From positions 1-26,006 of IMG/VR virus record IMGVR_UViG_3300011102_000153: DNA of 26,006 nucleotides; one strand, written 5' to 3'. The DNA comes from a virus. Taxonomy: Duplodnaviria > Caudoviricetes. The translations under genes and the position numbers were made by a program. This document shows positions 9,432 to 19,072 of the stretch, one piece after another. Under the pieces are notes generated by a model, which saw nothing but the letters and a program-made list of their open reading frames with translations, had not been told where the DNA came from and ran no database searches. Within the stretch, counting starts at the first letter, position 1. The number at the start of each line of letters is the position of its first letter.

Positions 9432-10604
9432 ATGTTATTCATTGACGACAAAAAAGTAGACCGTCAGAAGTTGGCCGATATGTTCGGTGTTGACTTGGCC
9501 AAGATTGAAGCTCAGCCTTCTTTCGAGCTTGACAAATCACAGATTAAGGTTGACAGGGCTAACGGCAACGTACCGAAGGTGGGCAATGGTATTTCCATTC
9601 GGCCCAAGTTCCGGTGCACTATTCCGGGCACAAAGCAGAAAGCTGAGATAAGGTATGCCCAGAGTCAGACACCGGAGAAAAACTCCAATGGCACATCATT
9701 CGATTATAAGCCGCGTTACGTGACCAACGAGGGCAGCAAATTCTCGTTCCTTGGTGACCTTGACTTAGGGCTGTTTATGTTTCTGTATCCGGGGAATACG
9801 TTTTCGCCATGTAGGGAAGCTGGGAGACGTTATGACAACCTGTACGAGTTCGTAGACACCAAAGCACGTGCAATCAAACGTTTGGGCGCTATAAATGCCA
9901 AGACAAAGGCTTTAAGCCATGCGGAGCGCACTGATATATTCGATTTACGCATCATAGCCAAGGGATTGAATGTACCGGGGGTTGAGAAGATGGATGACGA
10001 TACGGTACGCGTGACAATGATGGAGTTTGCGGACAATCCCGCAACCACTCAGAAATACATTGACGCGATAAACAGTTCTACCACTAAGTACGATGGACGC
10101 ATTGTCAATCTTATTGACAAAGGCATCATCGCAATAAAGAAAATAGGCGGTAACAGGCAATGGTATTGGGTGAAGGGTGACAGGGAAGGGGAGCCTATCG
10201 GTAACGTCATCGTAAACCCCCAGCAGGACGCGAGCAAATACATCAGGAACTACATGCTTTCAAATCTCGATGTGTACGGGGTTGAAATCATGGAGACCAC
10301 ATCCACGATGTCCGCACGTGCCAAGGCTGACGCTTATCTGAGCGCCAATGATCCGCAGGTGTCCACCGTGAATGGGTCGCCTGACTTTGATACGGTCAAG
10401 GAGGTTACCGGGATCAGGATAGGCGGTGTTGATTTACCTGATTGGAACGATTGGAACGCAGTGCGGGCTTTTGTTGAAAAGAAAGGATACAAGAAAGTCC
10501 CTGGTGATATTAAAGTATTACAGGTAGCCGGTCAGGAAGGCCACATCAATGAGGATAACGTTGATATTTTCATGGAAGAAAACATGCGAAAAGCAGAAGA
10601 TTAA
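9432..10604 (+). CDS. Conserved post-capsid protein of unknown function
   Basis: 390-aa ORF in the position of the conserved gene that follows the capsid gene in crAss-like phages; family assignment is by synteny and recalled similarity. Confidence 0.6.
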   Translation: MLFIDDKKVDRQKLADMFGVDLAKIEAQPSFELDKSQIKVDRANGNVPKVGNGISIRPKFRCTIPGTKQKAEIRYAQSQTPEKNSNGTSFDYKPRYVTNEGSKFSFLGDLDLGLFMFLYPGNTFSPCREAGRRYDNLYEFVDTKARAIKRLGAINAKTKALSHAERTDIFDLRIIAKGLNVPGVEKMDDDTVRVTMMEFADNPATTQKYIDAINSSTTKYDGRIVNLIDKGIIAIKKIGGNRQWYWVKGDREGEPIGNVIVNPQQDASKYIRNYMLSNLDVYGVEIMETTSTMSARAKADAYLSANDPQVSTVNGSPDFDTVKEVTGIRIGGVDLPDWNDWNAVRAFVEKKGYKKVPGDIKVLQVAGQEGHINEDNVDIFMEENMRKAED

Positions 10605-10626
10605 GGCCATTTCGTTTAGCTAGGAG

Positions 10627-10666
10627 AGCCCCGCCCGTCGTGAGACGCGCGGGGTTTGTTATTTTG
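10627..10666 (+). terminator. Intrinsic terminator with a GNRA loop
   Basis: AGCCCCGC-C-CGTC [GTGA] GACG-C-GCGGGGTT, followed by TGTTATTTTG. Confidence 0.75.
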
Positions 10667-10688
10667 TGGGGATTGTTTTATATCTTTG
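10655..10688 (+). promoter_or_regulatory. Promoter for the tail ring genes (near-leaderless)
   Basis: TATCTTTG at 10681-10688, 5 nt before the ATG at 10694. Confidence 0.6.
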
Positions 10689-10693
10689 TTCCT

Positions 10694-11341
10694 ATGATAA
10701 GCATCGTAAGGCTTTGGGAAACAATCATGCAGACCGCCAAGAAGGGCACTGCCGGTTATCAGGACGAAGACGAGTTCAACCGTGACATAGCCGCTGTGCA
10801 GACCGAGCTTATGGGGACATTGGCTCCTTGGTATGCCAAGAGTCCTGCGGTACAGGAATTGCTTGCGCCCTTTGTCGTTCCTTTGACGGGTACATCCACG
10901 TCTGCGGGGGTACTCACTAAACCTGCCGATTATTTTCAGGTGGCAGCACTGTCAATATCTGGATTCCCTGTCAAGGAGATTGCTGTAAACGAGCGGTTCA
11001 TGCTGCAATATGTTCCATCGAGGAGGCCATCAAAAACCGAGAACAGGTATTTTTTCTTCTTGCAGGACGATGATATAAACCTGCTCCCTGCCGAGGCTCA
11101 TTCTGTCGTAGGTACCTACATAAGGCAGCCCGAAGAAGCCTCTATAGAACTGACGCCCACATCGACCGCTGACAGCGATTACCTTACGCCTACATCCGTG
11201 GATGATTTGGAATGGCCCGAAAGGGCTTTCAACCTGATATATTACATGATGCTCATGAGGCTTGGCATAGAGGCTAAGGAAAATTTATTGGCGGAATTCG
11301 CAAGCATGGGCCTCAAATCGGAAACAATTAAAATTCAATAG
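10694..11341 (+). CDS. Tail ring/adaptor protein, type A
   Basis: GY...EFNR....Q, LxxPxDY and YIRxP motifs typical of P22 gp4-like or crAss ring proteins; paralog of 12341-13003. The ORF-track GTG start lies inside the terminator, so the start was moved to 10694. Confidence 0.7.
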   Translation: MISIVRLWETIMQTAKKGTAGYQDEDEFNRDIAAVQTELMGTLAPWYAKSPAVQELLAPFVVPLTGTSTSAGVLTKPADYFQVAALSISGFPVKEIAVNERFMLQYVPSRRPSKTENRYFFFLQDDDINLLPAEAHSVVGTYIRQPEEASIELTPTSTADSDYLTPTSVDDLEWPERAFNLIYYMMLMRLGIEAKENLLAEFASMGLKSETIKIQ

Positions 11342-11343
11342 TC

Positions 11344-11727
11344 ATGGCAAAGAGAACTAAGAGCGAAGCTCAACTGCGTTACAAGGAACTGTACGGAAAA
11401 GAACCGGAAGGTTCGATGACCGTAAAACAATTGGAGGCTGCTATCAAGGAGCGGGAAGACGAAATCAAGATTGACGACCCAGCCAACCACACGAGCGAGG
11501 ACGTGGAACTGGACAGCGAAAAGCTGGATATGACCGACTACTCTTCGGAAGAGGGTGTCGTATATGAAGCCGAGCCTATTGCATTGCCTCCTGTTGAACC
11601 ATCGGTGGAAAAAATATGGACCACCGATCCAAATGAATTGGTTTCGGTTGAGAACAGAAGAAGCATTATCAAGCTGAAAGGTGGTAAAGAAACCGACCTG
11701 ACAGAGTACTACGGAGTAGCAAAATAA
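11344..11727 (+). CDS. Small acidic protein with an N-terminal helix-extension-helix-like motif
   Basis: LRYKELYGKEPEGSMTVKQLEAAIKE followed by an acidic low-complexity region; tightly packed between neighbours. Confidence 0.55.
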   Translation: MAKRTKSEAQLRYKELYGKEPEGSMTVKQLEAAIKEREDEIKIDDPANHTSEDVELDSEKLDMTDYSSEEGVVYEAEPIALPPVEPSVEKIWTTDPNELVSVENRRSIIKLKGGKETDLTEYYGVAK

Positions 11728-11732
11728 TAGAT

Positions 11733-12344
11733 ATGACCGTTGATAGCATCGTGGGCGCAGTATTACTGAGGGTTACGGGCGGCAAGCCTACAAGTGATTC
11801 TTCGGTGCAGCCTGCCGACATTAAGACATACATACCCGACGCCGTGAACAGGCTTATGGGTGTTCGCATAGGGGAGGAGTACGGAGTTGACCCATCTGTT
11901 TATCCCAATGGGTTGTTTATAAACTTCTATGATGAAATCCCTGTTCAGACGAACTCACGGAACCTCAACTACATTGAGTTCCCTGTAAGGCCGCTTTCGG
12001 TCATCAAGGCGAAGAGTGTTGTTTCCGTAGGACCTGTTGGGGGGAAGCCTTTCACCCGTGTATACCACGACGAGGGTACTTTGGGCTCGTTCTATTGGAA
12101 GAGCAGGACCGATGTTACCACTTTCGACGTGGAGGGCGATACGGCGGTATTCTACAACATCCCATCAACGGTTGAGGAGTGCTACGCCAAACTGGTGGTA
12201 CACATAGATTCCCTTGATTACACGGATGATGTGTTTGTACCATCGGGCATGGAAACACAGCTAATCGAGGAGATTTACCGCATCATGATGACCCAGAAAC
12301 TAGGCGCCAAGGATGACATAATCGACGGGAGGGACAGCGAATGA
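11733..12344 (+). CDS. Tail ring protein, type B
   Basis: About 200 aa in the ring cluster; clear paralog of 13003-13620. Confidence 0.65.
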   Translation: MTVDSIVGAVLLRVTGGKPTSDSSVQPADIKTYIPDAVNRLMGVRIGEEYGVDPSVYPNGLFINFYDEIPVQTNSRNLNYIEFPVRPLSVIKAKSVVSVGPVGGKPFTRVYHDEGTLGSFYWKSRTDVTTFDVEGDTAVFYNIPSTVEECYAKLVVHIDSLDYTDDVFVPSGMETQLIEEIYRIMMTQKLGAKDDIIDGRDSE

Positions 12345-13003
12345 TACCGGTACAAAATATGTTTTGGTCGCTTGCTGAGTACGGCAAGGACTACATCAGC
12401 GGAAACGACCCGATCCCGGAGTTCAATTCCAAGCTGAATGAGGCGCAAAGGATGCTGTTCGATATGATTTCGCCTGAGTATGACAGGAACGAGCGTGTAA
12501 GGATGCTTCTGGAGCCATTTACAAGGCTTCTGGCGACATCTTCCAATGCGAGCGGGGTAATACCGTTCCCCGTGGATTTCCATCGCGTATTGGGGGGCAG
12601 ATACTCCCAATCGGGGCGCAGGTATCCGATTTACTACGCAAAGGAGAACGAAATAATCGAATCGGATTTCATCCCGCAGCGAAAAGCAGATCTAGCTCAG
12701 GGCAAGGCGTACATAACCTACGTGAACGGAACCATGCAGCTTACCCCTGCAACGGCACTTAGTTTCGATATGTCGTACCTTGCCAAACCGACCGAGGTAA
12801 AACTGGTTTACGATTACACGGTAACACCGGATGCTTACATGACGCTTGACACGGTCAATACCGTTAACCTGCAATGGAACGAGGACGCATACAACCTTAT
12901 ACTGTCCATCCTGCTACTGAAATATTCGCTAATAACGAAGGATCAGTTCAAGACGGAGATAGCATCCTACGGAATAAACGTTGACCTTATAAACAAACCA
13001 TAA
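12341..13003 (+). CDS. Tail ring protein, type A'
   Basis: EFNSKLNEAQ, LLEPF, FPVDF, YLAKP and LQWNEDAYNLI align with the 10694-11341 protein. Confidence 0.7.
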   Translation: MIPVQNMFWSLAEYGKDYISGNDPIPEFNSKLNEAQRMLFDMISPEYDRNERVRMLLEPFTRLLATSSNASGVIPFPVDFHRVLGGRYSQSGRRYPIYYAKENEIIESDFIPQRKADLAQGKAYITYVNGTMQLTPATALSFDMSYLAKPTEVKLVYDYTVTPDAYMTLDTVNTVNLQWNEDAYNLILSILLLKYSLITKDQFKTEIASYGINVDLINKP

Positions 13004-13620
13004 TGACTGTAAACGAAGCCATAGGTTATGTTTTGCTGAGGGCAGGGGGCGGAAGGCCCACAGCCGATATGTCTGTCCGCGAAACAGACGTAAGGGCTAT
13101 GCTTGCCCCAGCCGCAAATTACGCCATGGACAAGGGCTTTGACAAGAACGAGCAGTTTCAGGACGGTCAGACCGATTACCTTAGCCAATTCTATGGTGAG
13201 TTTACGGCCACGGTAGACCAGACCGGCAAGCCTTTCTTTACGATTGACAAAAAAACAGCGCCAATAAAGGGGGATTCGGGGCTTGCCTTGGTTTGGGATG
13301 ATTGTGGCAATTATTACGGGCAGATAAGCAACGTGGACCTTGCTTCGTTGAAATATTACGTGAAGCTGACTCCCTGCATGAAATGGTACAGCAGAACAGG
13401 GAATAAGGTTTATCTTTACGGAGAAGGTCCGCTTACGGAGAAAATAAACTACATGATGCTGGTGGATGTGAGGGAATTGGATGGAGAGGACGAATTGCCG
13501 CTTGTGGCTGGTACGGAGCCGGAGTTCTTGGATGTGCTTTACCAGCTTTCAACAGGGCAGATGCTTAATCCATACGATCCGAACATTGATCATGATGATA
13601 TAAACAGGGCACAGATATGA
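13003..13620 (+). CDS. Tail ring protein, type B'
   Basis: MTVNEAIGYVLLRAGGGRPTADMSV aligns with MTVDSIVGAVLLRVTGGKPTSDSSV of the type B gene. Confidence 0.65.
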   Translation: MTVNEAIGYVLLRAGGGRPTADMSVRETDVRAMLAPAANYAMDKGFDKNEQFQDGQTDYLSQFYGEFTATVDQTGKPFFTIDKKTAPIKGDSGLALVWDDCGNYYGQISNVDLASLKYYVKLTPCMKWYSRTGNKVYLYGEGPLTEKINYMMLVDVRELDGEDELPLVAGTEPEFLDVLYQLSTGQMLNPYDPNIDHDDINRAQI

Positions 13621-13636
13621 TTTATGTATTTTTTCT

Positions 13637-13644
13637 TATATTTG
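13637..13644 (+). promoter_or_regulatory. -7 promoter element of the HNH cassette
   Basis: TATATTTG matches TAnnTTTG at the start of the AT-rich insertion. Confidence 0.6.
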
Positions 13645-13647
13645 TAA

Positions 13648-13753
13648 TGCTTTTTAACACGACCGTATTCGGTTCAGAAAAAATATTGTGTAATCCCTCT
13701 GATGGCGTTAACCTTCCACTTGGTTGTGTTAAAAAGCAGCGTCATCAGGGGGA
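13648..13753 (+). promoter_or_regulatory. Structured RNA leader (two interleaved long helices)
   Basis: 13648-13664 pairs with 13722-13738 (17 bp, 1 G-U); 13694-13709 pairs with 13738-13753 (16 bp, 3 G-U). Confidence 0.6.
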
Positions 13754-13766
13754 ATATATAATAGAT

Positions 13767-14474
13767 ATGAATACAAAGAAATGCGTGAGTTGCATGGCTT
13801 ACAAATCATTAGAAGAATTTCATTTCAGCAAAAAAGAAGAAGATGGGCGACATTATTACTGTAAAAAATGCGTGTCTTATAAGTATTTCTTAAAAAGAAA
13901 GCACAAACATATACCGATTAAAGATTTACAGGGTGAAATTTGGAGAGATATTAAAGGGTATGAGGGCTTGTATAAAGTAAGTAATCTTGGTAGGGTTAAG
14001 AGTCTTTATAGATTCATAAGAATGGGAGAATCATATAGGGTTACTCACGAGAAAATAATAAAAGGGAGTACGAGCAAGGATGGGTACAGAAAAGTTATAT
14101 TAGCTAAGTTGGGTGTCCAGAAACATCACAATGTGCATAGGTTGGTTGCTATTGCATTTATTGAAAACCCACAAAATTTCCCTGTTGTAAACCATTTGGA
14201 TTGTAATCCGTCTAACAATAACGCATATAACTTGGAGTGGACCACCACTAAAGGTAATATACAACACGCAGCTAAAAATAACAGAATGGCAAAAGGGGCA
14301 AGACACCATATGTCAAAACCGGTCGCTCAGTTTTCATTAAATGGAAAGTTTATTGCATCTTTTGAGTCAATAAATTTGGCGGCAAAATCAGTTGGTTGTT
14401 TCTCATCAGGAATAAGGGCAAATTGTGCTGGCAGGTATCAATCCTGTCATGGTTATGTTTGGAAATATGTATAA
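13767..14474 (+). CDS. Free-standing NUMOD4-HNH homing endonuclease with N-terminal Zn finger and C-terminal NUMOD1-like domain
   Basis: CVSC..CKKC; EIWRDIKGYEGLYKVSNLGRVKS (NUMOD4); VHRLVAIAF..VNHLDCNPSNN...NLEW (HNH); KPVAQFSLNG..FESINLAA (NUMOD1-like); visibly AT-rich compared with flanks. Confidence 0.92.
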   Translation: MNTKKCVSCMAYKSLEEFHFSKKEEDGRHYYCKKCVSYKYFLKRKHKHIPIKDLQGEIWRDIKGYEGLYKVSNLGRVKSLYRFIRMGESYRVTHEKIIKGSTSKDGYRKVILAKLGVQKHHNVHRLVAIAFIENPQNFPVVNHLDCNPSNNNAYNLEWTTTKGNIQHAAKNNRMAKGARHHMSKPVAQFSLNGKFIASFESINLAAKSVGCFSSGIRANCAGRYQSCHGYVWKYV

Positions 14475-14476
14475 CA

Positions 14477-15217
14477 ATGAGGTCTTTAATTAGTTTGGAT
14501 GCTATCGCAAGCAGGGTTTGCTCTAGGTTAAATGATAGTTCTTTGAGCTACAAGTTTTCTATCACAAGAGACTTGCTCGCGTGTTATACGCATTTTAGTC
14601 AATATATGCCAGACTCATTTGAAGTAAAAACCTGTGTGTTAGAGGTTGATAACTCCATCAACTGTCCAAAAGACTTTATATTCGAAACCAAAGTCGGAAT
14701 ACTGTATAACGGTCATTTAGCAGTGCTTACTCTTGACAAAAAGGTGGGTTACACAAAACTTAACGACACGCAGACTGAGGCTTATCTTAATTCGATATGG
14801 AACGGTGATTACACAGGGATGGGATACTGGTTCTACAATGCATACAGAGGGAATGAGTTCTTAGGTGAGCTTTACGGCCTTGGCAGGACTGTTGTTAATT
14901 CAGGTACCTACAATATTGACAAGAAAAACGGGGTTATCTATATAGGTTCACACGTACCGGAGGGTGCAGAGATAGTAATAGAGTACAAATCCGACGGTGT
15001 TTCGGACGGGTTGAAGATGGTCCCTATAGAAATCGACAAGATGATGGAGTACTATGCGCTAGCCGAGCATTTCCAAGTCAAGAACCGGAACCTTTCACTG
15101 AGTTTCAGGAACGACTACGAAAGGGAGTTCAAGACGGTAAGGAGACGCCACAGCTTCCGCAGCGCTCTTTACATGAGCAGCAAGATAAACGAGATGTTCA
15201 GTCCTACAAATTATTAG
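14477..15217 (+). CDS. Tail ring/tubular protein, type C
   Basis: INCPKDFI...KVG and IVIEYKSDG......VP motifs; lies directly before the nozzle gene; ATG at 14477. Confidence 0.7.
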   Translation: MRSLISLDAIASRVCSRLNDSSLSYKFSITRDLLACYTHFSQYMPDSFEVKTCVLEVDNSINCPKDFIFETKVGILYNGHLAVLTLDKKVGYTKLNDTQTEAYLNSIWNGDYTGMGYWFYNAYRGNEFLGELYGLGRTVVNSGTYNIDKKNGVIYIGSHVPEGAEIVIEYKSDGVSDGLKMVPIEIDKMMEYYALAEHFQVKNRNLSLSFRNDYEREFKTVRRRHSFRSALYMSSKINEMFSPTNY

Positions 15218-15221
15218 AGAA

Positions 15222-18200
15222 ATGCCCTCTAACCTCAAAGTCATACAGTCCCATAATTTCACTGGCGGAATGACCAGCGATTTGGCCCCAGAGGTTATGG
15301 AGCCAAACCAATACCGGTACATGCTCAATTGCAATGTGCTGTCCACGGCTGAGGGCAACGTGGGTATATTGACGAATGTCAAAGGGACTATCGAGATACC
15401 GGTCCCGCTACCTGACGGCACGAATAAGACAATCGGATGGTGCGCGGATGAGGAGAAAAACAACCTTTACTTCTTTGTTTACAACTCCGATGGTTATCAC
15501 GGGATATACAGGTACAACTCCGTGGATAACGCAGTGATAAAAGTGATGGAATGCATCACTGATACAGGCGGAGTGGATATTTTCAGGTGGAAGGAACGTG
15601 ACCTGATATTACATGCTAATATCGTTGAGAATAACCTGCTTTATTGGTGCGTAAGGGGGGAGGAAAGGCATCCGCCAAGGAAGATAGACATATCTAAAAC
15701 ACTTGATAAATCTGAGAATGGTTACGGCCTTACTATACTGGAAGACTGGACAAGGGCCTACAAAAGGACTCTTCCATTCCCTCCTTACCCCGAGTATTTC
15801 ACCGATGACACTAAAAAATACAACAGGCTTTACGGTTATCTTTTCAAGTTCTGCGCAAGGTATATATACGACAACGGGGAGGTTTCCAATTGGAGCGACC
15901 ATTCGATAGTGGCTACACCTGATTTAGAGAATTTTTCAGGCGAAGGTTCTATACCATTGACAAACAACGGTATAAGGGTGTTGGTAGATACGGGTGGCAA
16001 GCTGGTCAGAAAGATAGAGATAGCCGTAATGTCAACCAACAAAAACGGCGGTACATTACCTTGGATGTCTGTAACGGTGATAGACAAACGTCAGGAATCC
16101 ATAAGCGACAACACACAGTACGAATACAATTTCTACAACGATACATCAATGGCACCCATAGGTGACCAGACCAAGATATACAGGCTTTATTCATATCTTC
16201 CGAAAGACCCTAAGTGCCAAGAGTTCGTGGAAAGGGCGTTGGTGTATTCGAACTTCCACGAGGGGTTCCCTATAGTTGATGTGGATGTTGATTGGTCGGT
16301 AAGGTACGAGGATGTGTTTGTGGGAGATGAGCAGGATGATGAGCTTAATGACCCCCAGATAACCTACTATCAGGACGGAACCGACTACGAATACATGAGG
16401 AAGTTCTTGGGTATGGGTTTGGGGAGTGCATATTACTATATCGAGGGGCGGTTGGTTATAGGACCTGACGTAAAGAACGGTAACATATTCAAGGTATGGT
16501 TTTTCGGCCCCGAGGGAACTAATTGGTATTACGAGGCCAAGGCCAATATAGGTGATGATTCATCCACTATCGCCTATAAATTCGTGGAACAATTCAAAGC
16601 CAACCCGAATTTTACGGATCGCCGGTCTTTTGTCGGCCCCGTGCAGCCGGATGGTGGTGGTGGTCATTTTTTCGAGTTCAAGGTTTATCCAAAACGGGGC
16701 GAGAGTTACCTTAAAGTATCCACAGATAAGGTGCCCGTAAATTATGCGACCCTAAAAAACAGGGGGCAGTCCGTAAACATTATAAAGAACGGGTCTTCTA
16801 CGCGTTATGCATTGGTCTATGAAGACGAAGACGGGCGTGTGAGCGCTGCTTACGGCAAGTCTTCGCTTACGGTCAGTATAGATAGCGTTAACGAACTGGG
16901 CGAGATAAAAAAACCGGTAATAACCTTCAATATAAACCATAGGCCTCCGATATGGGCAAGGTACTGGAAGATAGTAAGGACCGAAGACCTGTTCTATGGC
17001 GATTACATATCCGTGCTGATACAGAAAACAGTGAACAACGAGTTCGATTCCGGTGATGAATACACGGATTTAGTGGTTGGGTCTCTTTTCACGTATCAGA
17101 AAATACATCCCAACGCCACCCTTTCTTATGAATTTAAGAGGGGTGATAGGGTCCGTCTTGTCAGGGTCTACGAATCAGGCTCATGGACTGTTCCTACGGA
17201 AACGGTAGACTTCGAGGTTATAGACTATCTACCTGTTGTAGAAGATGTAATTAATGAGGATATCACTGTTGATGGCAGTTCAACCGTTTCGGTGTCAGGC
17301 ACGGCTGAATCAAAGAATATCGGCAGTTATATCCGGGTGAATGGTTCTGAAAGGGAAATCATATCAATATCGTCTGCTAACGCGTACCAGCTTTCAGACG
17401 TATTAACAACCGGTGACCCCGATAGCACCACGAAGGTTTTCCCGTCATACGAAATAATAAACAGGAGGGGTGTACTCAGGATAAAATCAGACCCCGATTA
17501 CCCTATAGAGGCGGACCCCGATAACGGGGTGTTCCCGTTGGTTGAGGTGTATTCACCTTCAATAGGGAATAGTTCCACGGACGACGATATGTTCTTCGAT
17601 TTCGGGGCCAAGTTCAACATCATAGATTGGGGCACCGATTCCGCTTACCATAGCGGCAACATACAGGACCAAGACATATCACAACCGGCCATAGTTGAAA
17701 TATCCGATGGCACATCCTACGTAAGGAACAGGGAACTTCCTGTCAATAACCACGAAACAGACCCGCAGGTAATATATTCATTGGTTGAAGATCCGTCCTA
17801 CTCCGATTTCTACGTATCCGATATGAACAGCAACGGGAAACGGATACCATTGGACAGGGGCGACGGGGAGGTACTTTTCGATGAAAGGGCTAGGTTCTCG
17901 AATAACTACATAGAGGGTACACGTATAAATGGACTCAACGACTTCGACAACCTTGACAGGGTTGATTACAATGACAAATACGGGGCCATAGAGCGGCTTT
18001 GGTATGAAGAGGGCAAACTTATCGTGTTCAAGCACCTTAAAGACACTTGGACGCCCGTATACGCTTCCATAATCACCGATCAGGGCGGCAATCCCCTGCT
18101 TGCGAAGTCGGACAGGCTCCTTGACGACAAATTGCAGTATTATGCTTGGGACGGGGGTGTAGGCGATAATCCAGAGTCGGTGGCCAGACTGGGGACCAAC

Positions 18201-19064
18201 TTCTTCCACGTGTCGCCGAACTCCATGATAGTGGCCCGTATAGGCGGCAACGGGGTCGATGATATCAGCCGTATCTATAGCTTGGATAAGGCAGTCAGGG
18301 ACCATCTTACATCAGCCAAGAAAGCAAACGCCCATATCTACGGCGGCACGGACCGGAAGAACGGCAAGTACGACGTAATAATAGAGAAACACGATAATGT
18401 TATCTCTGACACACCCATATCGGAATCCGGATGGATTAACGAAACGGAGGAACTACCTGATACAGGTGTCACGTATTCGCTTGTTTCCGGCCCCTCTCAC
18501 GGCACGGCCAACGTTTCCGGTAGTGTGATAGAATACACGCCGGATAATGGCTACAGCGGCCCCGATACGATGCAATACGAGGTTTTTGTGGATGGTGTAT
18601 CTCAGGGGGTAAGAAATGTCTGCCTTACCGTTGTTTATCAGGAAGGCCCCAAGGCTTGGAGGCCGATAAATCCGTATTGCGTTATGGAAGAACCGTCAAT
18701 ACCGTGCGGCACTTCATCGTTATATTCGGGCGGTGAGTCTTTCCCTACCGAGGAGTATATTGATCTGGGTCCTGGGACAGGTACGGTTACGCTGCATTAT
18801 AATGCACAGACGGTTCCTGACAAATTTCAGGTGGAATGGAATGGAAATATAGTGATAGATACAGGGTACAGGGGCGATCCAGGTCAGCAATCAGATCTTG
18901 ATGATGCGCTTAACGACAGGGGCCTGCCTCCTGAGACCATCCAAGGCCCCGGTATAGGCACGGCTACATTCAATAAAACTAATTCATCAAATATAGCAAT
19001 AGTAAGGGTTTGGGCACCGATGGAGGGGACTGCTTGGAGATTTACCCTCACGTGCCCCGAGTAA
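15222..19064 (+). CDS. Tail stabilization/nozzle (muzzle) protein, N-terminal part with appended Ig-like domains
   Basis: FTGGMTSDLAPEVMEPNQYRYMLN N-terminus, FKFCARYIYDNGEVS, LVYSNFHEG, INGLNDF, YGAIERL and GVGDNPES segments typical of this family's nozzle; C-terminal Big_9-like repeat (YSLVSGPSHGT..IEYTPDNGYSGPDT). Confidence 0.82.
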   Translation: MPSNLKVIQSHNFTGGMTSDLAPEVMEPNQYRYMLNCNVLSTAEGNVGILTNVKGTIEIPVPLPDGTNKTIGWCADEEKNNLYFFVYNSDGYHGIYRYNSVDNAVIKVMECITDTGGVDIFRWKERDLILHANIVENNLLYWCVRGEERHPPRKIDISKTLDKSENGYGLTILEDWTRAYKRTLPFPPYPEYFTDDTKKYNRLYGYLFKFCARYIYDNGEVSNWSDHSIVATPDLENFSGEGSIPLTNNGIRVLVDTGGKLVRKIEIAVMSTNKNGGTLPWMSVTVIDKRQESISDNTQYEYNFYNDTSMAPIGDQTKIYRLYSYLPKDPKCQEFVERALVYSNFHEGFPIVDVDVDWSVRYEDVFVGDEQDDELNDPQITYYQDGTDYEYMRKFLGMGLGSAYYYIEGRLVIGPDVKNGNIFKVWFFGPEGTNWYYEAKANIGDDSSTIAYKFVEQFKANPNFTDRRSFVGPVQPDGGGGHFFEFKVYPKRGESYLKVSTDKVPVNYATLKNRGQSVNIIKNGSSTRYALVYEDEDGRVSAAYGKSSLTVSIDSVNELGEIKKPVITFNINHRPPIWARYWKIVRTEDLFYGDYISVLIQKTVNNEFDSGDEYTDLVVGSLFTYQKIHPNATLSYEFKRGDRVRLVRVYESGSWTVPTETVDFEVIDYLPVVEDVINEDITVDGSSTVSVSGTAESKNIGSYIRVNGSEREIISISSANAYQLSDVLTTGDPDSTTKVFPSYEIINRRGVLRIKSDPDYPIEADPDNGVFPLVEVYSPSIGNSSTDDDMFFDFGAKFNIIDWGTDSAYHSGNIQDQDISQPAIVEISDGTSYVRNRELPVNNHETDPQVIYSLVEDPSYSDFYVSDMNSNGKRIPLDRGDGEVLFDERARFSNNYIEGTRINGLNDFDNLDRVDYNDKYGAIERLWYEEGKLIVFKHLKDTWTPVYASIITDQGGNPLLAKSDRLLDDKLQYYAWDGGVGDNPESVARLGTNFFHVSPNSMIVARIGGNGVDDISRIYSLDKAVRDHLTSAKKANAHIYGGTDRKNGKYDVIIEKHDNVISDTPISESGWINETEELPDTGVTYSLVSGPSHGTANVSGSVIEYTPDNGYSGPDTMQYEVFVDGVSQGVRNVCLTVVYQEGPKAWRPINPYCVMEEPSIPCGTSSLYSGGESFPTEEYIDLGPGTGTVTLHYNAQTVPDKFQVEWNGNIVIDTGYRGDPGQQSDLDDALNDRGLPPETIQGPGIGTATFNKTNSSNIAIVRVWAPMEGTAWRFTLTCPE

Positions 19065-19072
19065 TATATAGT

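Noticed and set aside
13648-13753. HDV-like or theta ribozyme
   Set aside because: The topology is superficially similar (AACC-TTCCACTT-GGTT hairpin), but there is no room for P1.1, P4 or the catalytic J4/2 strand and the helices are too long.
13617-14476. Group I intron carrying the HNH gene
   Set aside because: The flanking genes look complete (B' aligns with B to its C-terminus), only 2 nt separate the HNH stop from the next ATG, and no intron core was recognised.
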